A program made the position numbers and the translations under genes. DNA of 60,132 nt, filler included, from Squatina squatina (taxonomy: Eukaryota): the NCBI GenBank assembly GCA_031763465.1. It is 4 parts of 4 records of this genome, joined end to end, with 100 filler letters (N's around TTAATTAATTAA, not from the genome) between each part and the next. Parts side by side here need not be neighbours in the genome. Positions count along the whole stretch, not along the records: positions 1 to 16,078 come from JARFOE010000001.1; positions 16,179 to 31,048 come from JARFOE010000230.1; 2 more parts are not named here. One strand, 5' to 3'. Within the stretch, counting starts at the first letter, position 1. Every line of letters begins with the position of its first letter. This document shows, piece after piece, positions 13,276 through 27,115 of this stretch. Under the pieces are notes generated by a model. The model worked only from the letters and a program-made list of their open reading frames with translations. It ran no database searches and had not been told where the DNA came from.

Positions 13276-13846
13276 CCACTTTGCTTGCAATTCACTTCAA
13301 ATGCATTCACCCAGCTCTGTCCCCAAGCATTGTGCTCAAGCTCTGTCCCTCTATCACTCTTCCCCCTCCCAACCCTACTTCCTTTTGTGTCAACCCCTGG
13401 AATAAAACTCTTCCACTGCACTTTCAAAATCCCAACTGTCTCGCCTTTGGCCCTCCAATCATCACAACATTTCTGAAGCTACTGATCTTCTCAACCACAC
13501 CCTTACTGCCACTTTTGATGCCCTAGTCTCCATTAAAACCATTACTCTCTCTCACCCTGGCTATTCACCCTGGCTATTCCCCCTGGTACGGCCCTCACCT
13601 CCGCTCCCTTAAGTCCTAGGGCGCAGATTTGAATGGACATGGTGGTCAACTGGTTTAGCCATTCAGTGTCAGATCTGGCTGGACCACGTAAAGCACTATC
13701 AGATCTTGCTGCCATCTGCCAAAACTGCTCACTATTCCAGGATCATTCTGGAATGGAAAGATAACCCCTGGCTTCTATTCTCTACTGCTAACTGTTTTCT
13801 TAAACCCCTCTCCGCTGTCTCCAGCACACTCACCTTCAACAACAAG
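13276..13846 (+). mobile_element. L2-clade LINE internal ORF2 fragment
   Basis: C-rich strand with AKTAHYSRIILEWKDNPWLLFSTANCFLKP, the linker region upstream of L2 RT. Confidence 0.7.
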
Positions 13847-14465
13847 NNNNNNNNNNNNNNNNNNNNNNNNNNNNNNNNNNNNNNNNNNNNNNNNNNNNNN
13901 NNNNNNNNNNNNNNNNNNNNNNNNNNNNNNNNNNNNNNNNNNNNNNTAAATTGATATTCCAGACAAGCAGTCCAAAGCATCTCTTGAGGTCATCCTTTGT
14001 AAATGACTCTATTAGAATGTCAAACCTAACACATTCAGGCAATGAAGATCAGCACCAGTTACCATGGCTGCTGTCACGTGTCATCAGGAATTCAAAACAA
14101 TGCATATATATCTTTAGTGATTGACATTTCACGAGTCCATTTTTTGAAGGTTTTTGCTTTGTGCTATTTTCTATGAATACCCTGTTTTCCAAGATTGGGA
14201 AATTAAGTTCTGAATAAGTAATTTTGTCTTAAAGAAAGATATATTCGAGTAGTTCAAAATTAAAATTAGGATCTTATCATTTTAGGATTTCCGTGTGAAA
14301 TCCCATGTGTTTCCCGCTGACATTTATCTTCTGTCACTTCATCATTAGTGTAAACTCTACAAATCCAGTCAATTCTGACTTAGCTCTGATAATGAGATTT
14401 TCACATTTCTGAAGCGGCTTAGCAACCATTTATATACTGTTTTCGGTGTAATTTTGGCTCATATT

Positions 14466-14775
14466 CAGGGCGAGTAATTTAGTGTGGCAGGAAAATCGGG
14501 AGGAAGCTGTTTCCTGCAATATTTCACCCCAAAATCAATTCTGCACTCCCCCCTTACACCTTTCTCGAATTCCCTCGTGCTTTTTGGACCTTCCCGCAAT
14601 CCACCCAGCGAGTCCCGAGAGACCTCACTTGAATATTTTATAATAAGGACCAGTGGCGTTGCAATTCCGAGTTTCCTGCTTTTAGACTCACCATAGGTCA
14701 GAGGGGTAACATAGGTCAGAGTTCTAAGCCACAGCTGTTGCATGTATCAGCTGAGACAGCTGGGAGTAGGGGGGT
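14466..14775. mobile_element. GC-rich repeat end
   Basis: Starts cagggcgagtaattt, CpG-rich, ends at a gap. Confidence 0.4.
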
Positions 14776-16078
14776 NNNNNNNNNNNNNNNNNNNNNNNNN
14801 NNNNNNNNNNNNNNNNNNNNNNNNNNNNNNNNNNNNNNNNNNNNNNNNNNNNNNNNNNNNNNNNNNNNNNNNNNNACTATAAACGTGTGTACATAAGTCT
14901 TCACTACAAAAATCTCTGGTCTAGCTCTGCGTTTGATGTCACATGCAGTACTTATAATATCATTATGAACAAGCTGTATGGTGTGTAGAATGTGTTGTAT
15001 GGCATCATAAACCTTATAATAAAATCACATTCTGGAATAGCGCCAGCTTTTTATTCAAATACAGGAGGCAAAAAGAAGCTTGTATCTGACAAGTGACCAG
15101 TCCCCTCTCTCACTAGTATGTAATGTTCTGAGATTATTGGGATAACCATCTTAGCTAATACTTATTACAGGCAGCGTCTGCTACAATTAACGACTATTTC
15201 AGAAGCCAGTTAGCAGGAGTTTCAATGGAAGAAATTTGACAGTGGCATTGCATTAGTAGAAGTGGCAGGTCACTAGAATTCGGGTCCTATGGTGCTGAAT
15301 GAAGGAAGTGAGGACTCAACGAGGAAATTCAGATGGACTAACCTAGTGTTAAATCACAATTAATTCATAAATATTAAATGTAGCATTAGCAGTGCAACAT
15401 GCTGGACCTATTAACGATCTGGAAATCTGTTGGCATCTTTATCATACTCACAACCAGATATTAATATATCATCAGTAATATTATTTGCTATATTCTAAAA
15501 TCAATGCTTGCCACTATCAGCGATCTGTTTAATTACAACTGTATACTTTTGCAATTTCCTTCTGATATGAATTTAATGACAAGCCAATGTTATGCATTCC
15601 ACAACTGACATCTACATGTTCATATTTCCATTATTATTAACAATTCTGGTTCACTGCACAAAAGTCACAATCAATTAGCAGCAAGTTGGTTTCAACTTTC
15701 ATTCTTCATTAATGCCGGTGCAACTGTGGAGATATTTTAATTACTGTGAATAAAATATATCAAAAGCATGTTGTACACAGCAGAAATAATTTATTAAGAT
15801 ATGTTTTAGTCTGGAAAGGACACATCTTGCATACAAAGTTCAATGTAATGAAAAGCAGCACTTGTGATTGGCTCAATTTACAAAAACTTATCATTCAGCA
15901 CTACATCTCGTATGCAGGAACGTGTCTTGGCTGTTCCAGTTCTCGTTATATTCCCTCCAGGGGAATAAGATAACACATCTCCATCACAACATTGCATAAG
16001 TTGCTCCAAGCAAAGCTCATCTTTGAACACACTGGTAATTTAATGTCACTGCAAACAAATATTTTTAAGGATTTAAAA

Positions 16079-16178
16079 NNNNNNNNNNNNNNNNNNNNNN
16101 NNNNNNNNNNNNNNNNNNNNNNTTAATTAATTAANNNNNNNNNNNNNNNNNNNNNNNNNNNNNNNNNNNNNNNNNNNN
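16079..16178. other. Artificial scaffold spacer (44 N + TTAATTAATTAA + 44 N)
   Basis: Exact 100-nt symmetric structure with a six-frame stop 12-mer, repeated three times in the window. Confidence 0.95.
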
Positions 16179-16613
16179 TGGGTAGCACACTCACCTCTGA
16201 GTCAGTGGGTTGTGGGCTCAGGTCCCACTCCAGGGACATGAGCACATAAATCTAGACAGACACTTCAGTGCAGTGCAGAGGGAGTGCTGTGCTGTCTTTT
16301 GGATGGGATGTTAAATCCCGTCTTCCCTCTCAGGTGGACGTAAAAGATCCCGTGCCACTATTTTGAAGAAGAGCAGGGGAGTTATCCCCGGTATCCTGGC
16401 CAATATTTATCCCTCAATCAACATAACAGAAACAAATTATCTAGTCATTATGCCATTATCACATTGCTGTTTGTGTGAGTCTATTGTGTGCAATTTGACT
16501 GCTGCGTTTCCCACATTGCAACAGTGACTACACTTCAAAAGTACTTCATTAGCTGTAAAGCGCTTTGAGATGTTCAGTGGTCATGAAAGGCACTATATAA
16601 ATGCAAGTCTTTC
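16179..16613 (+). mobile_element. tRNA-derived DeuSINE (SacSINE1/AmnSINE1-like)
   Basis: tRNA-like head (ggtagcac...gggctcaggtcccactcc), Deu core gacgtaaaagatccc...gaagagcaggggagtt, L2-like tail aaaggcactatataaatgcaagtc; second copy at 27722. Confidence 0.85.
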
Positions 16614-18875
16614 TGTCATTTACATATTTAAGGGGAGCAGGAGGTTGGTTCCCAAAATTGGCCTTCGTTGTACTCATTTTACACTTGTCAAACAGGTGCA
16701 ACAAGGTCCAAATTCTTCTCTTAAAATCTTAAAACCATTGAAAATGAATCATGGCATTATAAATATTGATTGAAATTGTAAAAGGATTGTTATGAACCAA
16801 TCTAGCATCTTCAAAAAGACTGAATATAGTATTTACGCATAGTTTGAGTAATCAAATAATTCTATGTAAGGTAAAACTTTTAATATTACCACATCAGCAA
16901 TAAAAAAAAATTAGAAATGTCAACATATCTGAAATGATCGAGCACTTTCTGCTGCATTGCAATATGGAAATGTAATATTGACAGTGATTTGAATGTTGCT
17001 TTATTCGTTTTATGCGTCATTTGCATAAACCTAGAAGATTATGTACCGTGTACAGTAGAATAATGTATGTGTGTGATAGATGTCATATGGATGCATGAGA
17101 GCTGATGTTAAAAATTCATGACTACTTTTTAAATAATAGCATTATTTGTGTCATTTTCAAATGAAATTTGCTTTTAGATGAACTCAAAATATTTGATAAA
17201 GTATTTGGTAAGAACACAGGTCTGTCTGCTTAAAATGTGGAATTAAACTATTACGCATTTGCAAAATAGGTCAAATTGAGCATTTCTGGAAAGGAGAGCT
17301 GAAGCCAATTTTAAAGATTTTATTTTATCCAGAATTATTAGTTCGTTCAACAAGGTTGCTAAGAGATTTGTTTTTCAATATATGCATATACACATCATTT
17401 TTGTGTGAATGCCTCTACCTTAGTTGCAGCACTAAACATTGACTGATCTGTTGTGACCATGTTTAATCATTGTGAAGCTGGTGTGTGCTCAGAAACCATG
17501 GAGAATGGTTCCCAATTACTGAGCTTTAGATGGCAATGAAGTGCTGAGAATGGCTAATCAATAAATTGAATGGAGACTCGGCTATCCATTCCACCAGGAC
17601 TTTAATTACATCCCCAGGAATAGAAATTGCTGAGATTTGGATTTTTCCATGAAATTAAATTAACCCTATAATCTCCATTGTCTACTGGACAATAAATATT
17701 TAGAACACAGTTCAGTCTATTTCAGTAGATGCAGGAGAATTGGATTACTGGATGATGAATCCAGTGAACGATTTCGTTGTTACTAAGGCACCCACATAAA
17801 ATGTAAACCTGAGCTGTGTATATTGAACTGAATGTTTTATAGCCCATATAAAATATTTACAGCTCAAGTCATGGAGCTGTACCGGGTGTGATGCTTTCAT
17901 ACTCATTTCAAGGGCATTGGGAGCGTTATATTTATTGTTTTACTAAGCAAAGCTGACCTATCCCAAATCAGAGGAAAGAATTTGTCATTTTACTGTGTAC
18001 AGGTTATTTACCAGTTGTGTTGGCTTGCTGCAGAACCAATCTGAACAATATGACACCTTAAATAAATATTTTGGGGAAGAAAGTTTATTAAAAAATGAAA
18101 TTCCAATCAAAGTTTGAATAATATTGAGCCTATGGCTGCTCTTTTGATTTTATGCCTAAATATTATGTGTTAGTTTATTGAGAACATTGTAATCATTTTA
18201 AATCTAAAGTACATTTGAATGAATTTTGTATATTTGCACCAATGCCAATATACCATAGAAATTATTTGACAATGTATACCTGAAATGATGTAAATCAAGA
18301 AAATTGCACATTTCCCAGGTACAGTTGGTATTTTCTAATTCATTCACCTATCTACTTGCTATCTTTCACCTTGCAATGCCATTATTATGCTGCATCTTTC
18401 CCGTTTATACTTCATTCTGATTTTTATTTTGTTTCTTGTTACCTCTATGATCTACTGCTTTTCTTCACTTCCTATTGTAGTTGTCTTTTTGTTTCTTTTT
18501 CTTCCCTTCCTTTAGTCCTTCTTTGGTTTTCAACCTCCATAGAAGCTACATTTCTGTTGTGCCATTTTCTATCAATTCTATCCATTGATCCATCCGTGAA
18601 TACAAACTTCTCGTAGATCCGCAGTATATCAAAAATCTGCACACACTTTCTATCAACCTTTCCCATTTTAAATTCCTATGTCCAGATTTATGATGGAAAC
18701 TGACCAAGAAAAACTTGTCATGCTGTAATTACACCCACCCCCAGTGGAGGTGCTGCTGTGTAGTTGGAGCATGACANNNNNNNNNNNNNNNNNNNNNNNN
18801 NNNNNNNNNNNNNNNNNNNNNNNNNNNNNNNNNNNNNNNNNNNNNNNNNNNNNNNNNNNNNNNNNNNNNNNNNNN

Positions 18876-19420
18876 NTGACGTCATTGAGTCCCTCTAATG
18901 CTGAACTCTGCATTTTCAGCCTTAAAGCTTTAATGCCCATGTAGCGCCAGCGTTAAGGGGGACGAATTTCCCATCACTAATTTTAGCGCCCAAAATCAGT
19001 GTTAAGCCCTTAACGCCGATTTAACACTAGACTAGCGCCGGAAAAAAGGACGAACTAGGCGCCCCTCTTATGCGTGTGTTGCGTGGAGGGCTTTCTGCTC
19101 CCTGGGGGGATGAGGATCTCCCACATTCTACTACCTGTAGAAGGGACTCCAAGACAGTGTCACAGAATCTAGGTACCCTGTTGGAGCTTCTTCCAGCCAA
19201 ATGTTTGTTCTGAAGTGATCCTTCCTGAGTGCACCTTCCCCTTAAGTGCCTTAAAGTGACGTCAGTCAATCCCAAAAGGCAATCAATAGCGCGGGTACTG
19301 CTAGCTGCCCGCCTGCCACAATAGAATGAGTTCCCAGCACCAATTTCGCGTGCTGGCTGATACCAGGGAAATAGGTACGTGAATTGCAAACCCCACCCCC
19401 TACCTGCCCATTTTCAAGTG
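18876..19420. mobile_element. GC/CpG-rich repeat(s), probable non-autonomous DNA transposon
   Basis: tgacgtcattg...ttaacgcc motifs shared with 7696-7936; adjacent to a gap. Confidence 0.45.
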
Positions 19421-21002
19421 TGGTCGAATTGCTAAGGCACTTACTTCACTTAACTTCAAAACCTCCGTGTGAATAATAAAAATAATAAACCATATTGCTT
19501 TTCACTGCATTAGGGTTCTATCAAATACTTGCTTTTGGAAGGAGTCACATCGTGTCCTGTGGAGGCTAGAGAGGGAAAAAAAAAATCCTACTAAGTAAAC
19601 GAATCTGAGACCTGAAATGTAGAATCCTAGATTAAGGAGGATTGCCTGCAGGTGAAGTAGCGAGGTACTAGATTACTCTAGAGTAATTATACTGGACCTC
19701 TGGATTGTGGCTTGTGTTCAGCACTTTTGTTTCTGTGATAAGAGTAGAAAGGCTGCTGAAATGCTCAATGTAGAGACATTGCAAGCACGGAGCTAAACCC
19801 AACAAGTTTCGTAATATACCACTGACTTTGATAGCATCAAGAAACTAATTTTCTCTTCCAAACTTGGTGATGGGCTGTTACGGGAAATGCTGACAAAAAA
19901 TGTAATTGATTTTAGTGGGAAAGTACAGCAGAAAGTTGGTCACAAATAAATTCTTGATTATTTGGCCTTTGCTGAGATATTATCAGCTGGTTTAGAAGAA
20001 CATCAGTTGCCTTCATTTTAAAATTCTGCCAAAGATGATGGTAGAGGCAGTTTGCTACCTTAAAAAAAACTCCGTGGGTTTTAGGGAAAAGCTTCTGTCA
20101 GAACTGTCAGTACTGGTGAATCTAGTTGAGTATCCAATTAACACTAAAACTATCCGAGTCTCTTGGAAAAAAGACATCAATAGCTCTTATTCCCAAGAAA
20201 GGGAAAGATCACAAGCTATGCTCCTAAGTATTGACTGATTTTGCTTTTAAATTATGGTCACATTTTTCCAATGGTACTTGCTTGATATGCACCTGGAGAC
20301 TATCCCTAAAATAATCAAGCAGATCAAACCGGTTTATTCAGGTTGGGCACTCCATTAATAGTGTCAGGAGATTGTTAAATATAATGTATCATTCTGCCCA
20401 GGCTAATGATCTAACCTTGCTTCTCTAGATGCTAGAAAATAATTTACATGGTAGGAGTAAGGGGTTTTGTTCGCCATTCTCAAAGGATTTTGCATCAGGA
20501 ACACTTCAATCAAACGAGCTGCTACTTTATATTCCGTTACATGTGCATCATTGCTCACAAAAGGGCTTTGTACACCATTCGTAAACTATAGCAGGACCCT
20601 GGATATTGTTGCCTTCAACCCATGTTACTGTTTGATTGACAACAGTCGTTTGCAGATGCTCGATCATGAAAACAATTTCCATATGAGACATTTCCTTCTC
20701 ATCCACGCACAGATAATGATGTGAAGCCAGCAGATTCTACATGGGAAGCTTTCCAGACATGTGACCTCGAAGAGCATGCCATTTGAACCTTCCCTGTGCC
20801 CTACACAGTGTCACCTTGCTGTCTCTCTGCAATTATTTTTCTTCTGTTGTCAGCACCAATCACATTCAACGTTGGTTCCACAAGCAGGAGTGAGGATTGC
20901 CTGTGCAGCTGTGCGCTACCACATCATTTTCTGCATGGGAATTATTAAACTCTACCAACAGTCATGCTGGTCTTTAGGGCAAAATAAAACCAACTTATTT
21001 GA

Positions 21003-21317
21003 CCAAATAAGTCATGTTTGACAAAACTACTGAAATTTTTGGAGGATGTAACTAGTAGAATAGATGAGGGAGACCCAGTGGATGTGGTGTATTTGGATTT
21101 TCCGAAGGCTTTTGATAAAGTCCCATACAAGAGGTTAGTGTGCAAAATCAGAGCACATTGAGGGTAATATACTGACATGGATTGAGAATTGGTTAACAGT
21201 CAGGAAGCAGAGAATAGGAATAAACAGGTCTTTTTTGGGGTGGGAGTCGGTGACTAGTGGGGTACCACAGGGATCAGTGCTTGGGCCCCAGCTATTCTTA
21301 ATATATATCAATGATTT
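21003..21317 (+). mobile_element. CR1 LINE RT fragment
   Basis: KSCLTKLLKFLEDVT...VDVVYLDFPKAFDKVPY and VTSGVPQGSVLGPQLFLIYIND motifs. Confidence 0.92.
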
Positions 21318-23469
21318 NNNNNNNNNNNNNNNNNNNNNNNNNNNNNNNNNNNNNNNNNNNNNNNNNNNNNNNNNNNNNNNNNNNNNNNNNNNNNNNNNNN
21401 NNNNNNNNNNNNNNNNNGTGTAGTAAAATGTGGAGGAAGTGAGGAGAACCATGACTTAAAAATAAGTACATTAGAGTTCATTTATTAGATAGCAGCCTGT
21501 GGCATCAAGCAGATGGGCTCTACCTCATGAAATCCAAACACATATGAAAAACGAGGCTGCATATATCGTCTCATCAAAATCGTCAAAAAGAGAAGTCGGC
21601 TTTTGCAGGACATCTACAATAAATCAAGAAATGTTCCTGTGGGTTTATATACAAGGGTTTAATGACATTATTGTCTTAAAGATGTTTTCCTGCTTTCATT
21701 ATCACATATGCTGAGTAAAGAATTCTTACACTTTGTAACACCTTTTAGCAGTTCTGACACCAGCAGGAGAATGCAAATAATATGACGGATGTTAAAAATG
21801 TTGAACAAATATTATGAATAGAAACAGAAATGCAGAATGTATCAAGGCCATCCAAAATAAGCCGCAGTATTAGCAAAATTGGTTGTCATCGATTCTCTAA
21901 TTCTTTCCATCATTGTCTTTCTGGTTGTCTCTGACTTCATCTGTCTTTCCCTNNNNNNNNNNNNNNNNNNNNNNNNNNNNNNNNNNNNNNNNNNNNNNNN
22001 NNNNNNNNNNNNNNNNNNNNNNNNNNNNNNNNNNNNNNNNNNNNNNNNNNNNGGGTTGTGCAGTCACGTGTGCAGGGTCACATGGTGGCACTGAATTGCT
22101 CCACTCTGTCTCCTTGCGTGTCACTGCTGGAGGGCATGTCCTCAGGAAGCCCCTGATCTCTAACAGTCGAACAGCAGACATCTAGAATTTCTCTGAATCC
22201 CACGCTCCTGACTGTCTGCATGGGTTAAAGCCAGCCATGATTGCTTGGGACAGATAACCCATACCAGCTTTTGCTTAGAAGGTGATGAATGAAGGGAAAA
22301 ATTATGGCTCAACACCATCCATTATTTCATGGGTAAGTAAGATCACTCAGCATATCCGTTTCCAGTCCGCCGCTCGGCCCCAACTAAGTCGAGGAAGTTG
22401 GAACCTCTGGTGTAGAGAGTCCCTGTCGCCAGCTGTGTCCCCCAGGGCCAGCCCATTAGCTTTGTAAGAGACTGCAGGTTCTGCCCACAAGTAGCAGAAA
22501 CCCCAGTGCAACCTGCTCCCTGCCATTTTCCAGTGGGTTCTGTCGGACTCCCGCCACAATTAGGCAGAGAATCAGGTTGAATTCCCATGGATTTTCAGAG
22601 GCCTGTACCTTTAAATTCCTTACACTAAGGAAAACAAAATCATATTATTCTTGGAGCTGAGTACCAAGGCTGGTAATCATGACTGCAGTATCTTGGTAGC
22701 ATCAATAGCACCTATTTTAAGAAGCAGCTTGTCACATCTTAAAACAAAATGTCAACTTGACATCACAGAATTGCAAGATAGATTGGCAAGAAGCTGGAGA
22801 CTGATTCCACATGAGATTTTTTTTACATAGCATCATTAAATTCAGAGAAAATTTTAAATGTGTTCTGGCATGCGATATGTTTTGCAATTGGATTTTGCTT
22901 TTACTCGCTTTCTTTCTCTGGAGAAATACAATTGAAACCTAATTGCACTTCCAAAACTGATGGAATTGCCGCAACATAAAAATGTTATGTAAATTTTTGT
23001 TTTGCAAAAGTGCTGTGTCTCGTAGCATTCATCGCATGCTCACCAGCCCACTTTTGTTGCACAGGTTTATGCCAATTTATCTCTTGAATATTTTACCAAA
23101 TGATATTGGTTCTTAAAAGCTGTAAAAAGGACATTTGTTTAATCTCTTTATAAATGGCCTAAAGTTAGGAGTCACAAGCGCAACACCTAAAACTGCAGAT
23201 GGTACAAAGTTGATGAAGGTGGTCGACTCCTACAGGGCGATTTAAATATACCTGGGAATTGGGCAGACAGGTGGCAGATGAAATTCAATGTTAAGAAATG
23301 AAAAGTTCTTCAAATGGGGACAGAAATCCAGGTAGGGCCTATTTCTTAAATGGAAAGAAAATAGCGTGTATGAAAAATGAAAGAGATCTTAGGATCCAGA
23401 CTGACAATAAACTGAAGCTATCGCAACAATATTCAGTGGCAGAGAGCAAACTGAATCAGATGTTGGGAT

Positions 23470-23596
23470 CAACGTTCCCTATAAAGGTGTATGGCCGCGC
23501 ACTCCTCTGCAGGTCCCCCACAGCCCGGGACCAACTTTTTCAACGTAAAGCTTCTCACGTGAATGGGACCACGCACCCAAAAAAGAGGGAGCACTG
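23470..23596. mobile_element. hAT-like MITE inserted in CR1
   Basis: Termini caacgttccct / agggagcactg (imperfect inverted repeat); flanking 8-mers gttgggat and attgggag (6/8). Confidence 0.65.
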
Positions 23597-23683
23597 ATTG
23601 GGAGTATTAAAAGGTCAATATTAAGTCAAAATAGTGAGGTAATCCTGCCACTGTGGTGCGACCACACTTCAAATACTATGTAC

Positions 23684-23852
23684 CAATGTTCATACTAAGC
23701 TGCACGGTTGTGCAGTTATCTGCAAGGCCCCACGCAGTTTGTTCACCAGCTTTTACATTGCAGATGCCACATGCATGTGCTACAATTTTAATGGTTCACA
23801 CATTGGGGGAAACAGGCCACGCAAGAGGCAGTGCAGCTTATGGGGGACGTTG
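23684..23852. mobile_element. hAT-like MITE inserted in CR1
   Basis: Termini caatgttcatactaagctgcac / gtgcagcttatgggggacgttg; flanking 8-mers ctatgtac and ttgtgtac (6/8). Confidence 0.72.
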
Positions 23853-24142
23853 TTGTGTACCGTTCTGGTTTTCGTAGTACAAAAAGGATGTTGCTGCTTT
23901 TGAAAGGATTAAGAGGACAACCAGAGTGATTGAGGAGATGAAGGGATTGAATTATCAGGAGCAATTTTGCACATTGGGCATGTTCTCACTGGAAAAGAGA
24001 TGGTTGAAAAGTAATATAATTGTTTTTAGGATTCTCAAGGGACTAGATAATATAATGTTTCACCTGGTAGAACAGCAGAACAAGAGAACTTGGCCTGCGC
24101 TTAAAGGAGGGTAAATTCCAAACTAATTTACGGAAACATTTG

Positions 24143-24530
24143 CCCCTATATTAACGGGGAGCCAGGGAGGGTCTGGGGNNNNNNNNNNACGTGGATGTCC
24201 TAACCAACTTAATGGCAGGGCCGCCTCCCGCCTAACAACCGGCTGAAAGGACAGACTGGCCGGTAGGCAGGAGGAATAATCAACAGCAGGTGGGAAATCA
24301 CCGATAATAGCTGGTGGGAGGCTGGAGAACGGGTGTGGAGGAGGCCAAAGCCTTTCTTGAGGGGTCGGGGGGAGCACTCCTGACTGCGAAAAGAGTTACT
24401 GACCTTGGAGAGCCAACCATAGGTCTCCGTCTGCCTTTTGTAAGAGCCTTGGGCATGGTCGGATTTTGGCACTAAATTTAAAGGGGCGCAAATAGGGTTG
24501 GGTTTCCCAATCCTGCTATTTTAACCCCCG
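24143..24530. mobile_element. GC-rich insertion within CR1
   Basis: Interrupts the CR1 reading between KGGKFQTNL and VNLWN; ends attttaacccc. Confidence 0.55.
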
Positions 24531-26329
24531 TCAATCTATGGAACTGGTCTCTAGAGAGACAGTGGAAATAGATGTTGATACATTCAAATGTAAATTATAC
24601 AGATTTCTTTCAGAAAATGTTATGGGATACAGTAGCGAAATACTGCGGATGCTGGAATCTAGAANNNNNNNNNNNNNNNNNNNNNNNNNNNNNNNNNNNN
24701 NNNNNNNNNNNNNNNNNNNNNNNNNNNNNNNNNNNNNNNNNNNNNNNNNNNNNNNNNNNNNNNNTTTTCCTAAACTGGACACAAGATTCTAACTGCAGGC
24801 TAAACAGTGTAGGGATATAACGACGTAGAGCTGTAAGATTATCTGTACCTTTTGCTGTCTTATGTACTTACACATACATAAAAGAGTTCCAACCAAAAAC
24901 ATTGAAATATTTTCAATATTCTAATATTTGCAGCACACGTTTAACTGATTCAGTTACAACCATTTCCACTTCAATGTTATTAAGTGCAGCAATACAAATT
25001 GGAATACCAAACACAATTTTTTAACAGATGAGTGGCAGTCATCTAATATTGGTGTTAAGATGACTAACAATCCACTTAAGCCTCACTCCAACAGTTTACG
25101 CCATCACTTGAACCCCTTCATTAGGATTCTGATAGAATTGCAAATTTATGTCGAATCACCTCATTGGATTTCATTTTCGATACAGCTTTATTTTCAAGAC
25201 CGATCACCTCATGCTCAGCACTTTGAACTGTGTAAATCTGTTTGTAGAGATATCCAATTTGTAACAGTTTTCAAAAATCTGCTTGCTGCCACTCTGCATT
25301 GATGTCTGATACCTCCCTCATGCTCCAGTGTAATAATCACTTGCTTTCAATATGATAATGTGCATGATAATAAAAATACTTTTCACTGGACTGTCTGCTG
25401 TTGAAGTTGGGTCTGAGTGCGACTGAAAGATCCCGGTAATTACGATGTTACAATTCAGCAAATTCTGCCCGCTAAAATTAATAGGATTGATCCCGCAAGA
25501 ATTGAATTAATTCCTGTTGGTCTTGTTAAGCCTCTACCTTTAAGGATGAACCAGTGCTATTGTCATCTAACTGCATGAAGCTGATATGATTCATGTAGCA
25601 GTAGGCAGGTATTAGAATGACTACCTCCTGAATTATCACATCTTTTCCTTACCAGAACTATATCTCAAATCCATCCTAGGAAAGTGTATTTTTAAACAGC
25701 AGACATAATAGGAGCAATGCGTTAACTCAGTTACTTTACTTCAATTGAGCCGAAAGATTCCAACTAATTTAACTATGTAGTCCTTTTATCCTACATGGAA
25801 CATATTCAGTTTGGTCTCTTAAGACCTCCGAGAGCCACTTGCCATGAACGAGCAGTGCCTTCAGCGACTTCTATTTTCAAAGCAAAACGTAAGCAGGTGG
25901 TGTAGGACTAGCATTCAAAACATGGCAAGTTTGAATAGCGTTGAGAGTAGGACCCTTATTATCCTGTAATGCAAAACTCTGAGTTTAGATTGAAGCCTTG
26001 AAATTACTCTCTCGAGTGCATTTTTAAGAATTAGTTCAAAACTTTTTTTTTTATCCTTTGTTCCTGCTCATCAGGATGAGGAATGTCTGCTGTTGGAACA
26101 TTTTTTTCCCACAGCTGCCACCCAGTTGTAGTCAAGCATTTTGAAACTAGACATAATATATCCAGGTGTGTAATAAAAGACCTTCTATTCTGCTCCAAAA
26201 CACAAAATGGAGTCATCTACTGAATTAGTATTACATTCCATAACTTACAAGTCTCTTATGACCTCCACAAGTGATATTACTAACTTAAACCTAATGAAGT
26301 GAAATTAGGTGGTCTTTGCAATGGAGAGG

Positions 26330-26592
26330 ATTTTTTTTATTCATTGGATGTGGATGTTACTGGCAAGGCTGGCATTTATTGCCCAACCCTAATTGCCACA
26401 GATTTCCTTCCCTCAAGGCAATAGCAAGCCAGAGATTTTACATCTAGTTCACCATTTCTAAATTCCAGACTTAATGAACTGAATTTAAATTCCTCAGCTG
26501 CCATGGTGGGATTTGATCTCGCATCTCTGCATCACTTAGTGCAGGCCTCTGGATTACTAGTGCATTAACATAACCACTGGGCTACTGCACCT
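26330..26592 (-). mobile_element. Second tRNA-derived SINE family, deleted copy
   Basis: Reverse complement of motifs at 44650-45066 (ctggcaaggc..catttattgccc, gaatttaaattc, ggattactagt). Confidence 0.7.
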
Positions 26593-27115
26593 GTACAGGA
26601 TTGGAAACTCAGCTTGGGGTCAAATAGGATGCAAACAGTCTGCTTGAGCCCGAGACAGTAGCTGGGGAAGGGAATCAAATCGGGGGCAAGGGTACGGAGT
26701 TTATGGTGAGGGCCGAAGATAATGGCTTTGGTCCTCCCAAACTTTAACTGAAGGAAATCGCAGCTATTCCAGGACTGGATGGTGGAAAAGCAGTCTGACA
26801 ACACATTGGCAGTGAATGAGGTTAGAGAGGTGGTGAAAAGGTAGAACTAGGTGTTGCCAGCGTACGTGTGGAACCTGACCTCGTGTCTTCGGATGAAGTC
26901 ACCAAGAGACAATATACAGATAAGGGAGAGGAGGTGGGGGGGGTGCAAAAGATAGATCCTTGAAGGAGCAGGAAGAGAGGGCATGATTGGAGATGCTCTG
27001 GTTACAATTGGATAGATAAGAGTGCGAGCAAGCAAGGGCAATCCCACTGAATGGAGTCGAAGTGTTGATGGGAGTTGGTGTAATGGATCATGTCATAGGC
27101 TACAGACAAGACAAG
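26593..27115 (-). mobile_element. L2-clade LINE RT fragment, decayed
   Basis: RRHEVRFHTYAGNT (YADD relic), LSDCFSTIQSW...FLQLKFGRTKAIIFGPHHKLR; homologous to 47883-48300. Confidence 0.82.

Larger units (their letters stand above)
23165..24630 (+). mobile_element. Old CR1 LINE 3' portion interrupted by three insertions
   Basis: WADRWQMKFNV, VRPHFKY, MKGLNYQE...LGMFSLEKRWL, VNLWN and FKCKLYRFL motifs in order, separated by non-CR1 inserts. Confidence 0.82.

Noticed and set aside
13553-13586. Short tandem caccctggctatt duplication
   Set aside because: Local slippage inside a dead L2 fragment.
16123-16134. TTAATTAATTAA as a biological palindrome or repeat unit
   Set aside because: Always centred in exactly 44+44 N; an assembly or concatenation spacer.
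16179-16235. tRNA gene
   Set aside because: A/B-box-like sequence is the SINE head and continues directly into the Deu core; no cloverleaf.
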